The notes below the pieces were generated by a model. The model made no database searches, was not told the DNA's origin, and saw only the letters and a program-made list of their open reading frames with translations. DNA of 17,675 nucleotides from a virus, in the UHGV virus genome UHGV-0262902. One strand, written 5' to 3'. Made by a program: the position numbers and the translations under genes. Position 1 is the first letter of the stretch; each line of letters begins with the position of its first letter. Shown in pieces: positions 17,378 through 17,675 of this stretch.

Positions 17378-17441
17378 GTCGATGTGGTCAATGTGTGGAC
17401 GTGACCAGAAATAAATCCTTTTATTTCATTGTATTACGCGT

Positions 17442-17468
17442 AAAAAATAAGCCCGTGTAAGGGAGATT
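17442..17468. other. P2-type attachment-site core (27 bp)
   Basis: AAAAAATAAGCCCGTGTAAGGGAGATT read at 17442-17468, identical to the P2 att core as I recall it; it lies about 100 bp after ogr, where att sits in P2. Confidence 0.6.
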
Positions 17469-17612
17469 ACACAGGCTAAGGAGGTGGTTCCTGGTACAGC
17501 TAGCATTTTATGGGTTATGTTTTTCAGCGAAACAGATGATAACCTTAATAAATGCAGCTGTATGTGATCGGTTTCTAAGAATTTTCCATCCGGGAAAAAT
17601 AATCGAAATTAA

Positions 17613-17675
17613 TCACTTACCGTGGGGGTTACGCGTGGTTTCCCCGGAGAAATTACGCATCAGCAGCGCGTAATT
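17613..17675 (-). CDS. 3' end of a minus-strand ORF entering from beyond the window (20 codons plus stop); identity undetermined
   Basis: Minus-strand frame from 17675 reads NYALLMRNFSGETTRNPHGK then TGA (complement of 17613-17615); the other two minus frames stop immediately. Converges on the att core, as int does in P2, but 20 residues cannot establish identity. Confidence 0.3.
   Translation of the reverse strand, partial: NYALLMRNFSGETTRNPHGK

Larger units (their letters stand above)
1..17468 (+). mobile_element. Late-gene arm of a P2-like temperate myovirus (phage or prophage), L through ogr plus att core
   Basis: Uninterrupted + strand series of ORFs whose order and sizes match the P2 late operons (lysis cassette, baseplate V-W-J-I, tail fibre H-G, FI-FII-E-T-U-D, ogr), ending at a sequence matching the P2 att core as I recall it. 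Confidence 0.9.

Overview
This window is the late (lysis, baseplate, tail-fibre, tail) arm of a P2-like temperate myovirus, all on the + strand and in canonical P2 order: L, X, Y(holin), K(endolysin), lysA, lysB, lysC, R, S, V, W, J, I, H, G, [cargo], FI, FII, E/E+E', T, U, D, ogr, then a P2-type att core. Gene assignments rest on the supplied ORF translations, gene order, operon-style start/stop overlaps and my recollection of P2 protein lengths and sequences; no database search was possible. The part that most deserves attention is a visibly AT-rich ~2.1 kb insertion between the tail-fibre chaperone gene G and the sheath gene FI (about 8607-10737), the position of the P2 Z/fun lysogenic-conversion locus and a known hotspot for anti-phage cargo. 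It carries its own sigma70-like promoter, a strong Shine-Dalgarno site and an intrinsic terminator, and encodes two proteins: a 261-aa protein with DUF2971-like motifs and a 161-aa protein with a transglutaminase/papain-like Cys-His-Asp motif arrangement. I regard this as a candidate two-gene phage-exclusion system of unknown mechanism. Other structured signals: an iteron-like array with five GATC sites at the 5' edge of the window, four tandem 132-bp in-frame repeats in tail-fibre gene H followed by an AT-richer distal module, a -1 frameshift site giving E+E', and an apparently intact att core followed by the 3' end of a minus-strand ORF running out of the window. GC statements are by eye, not computed.
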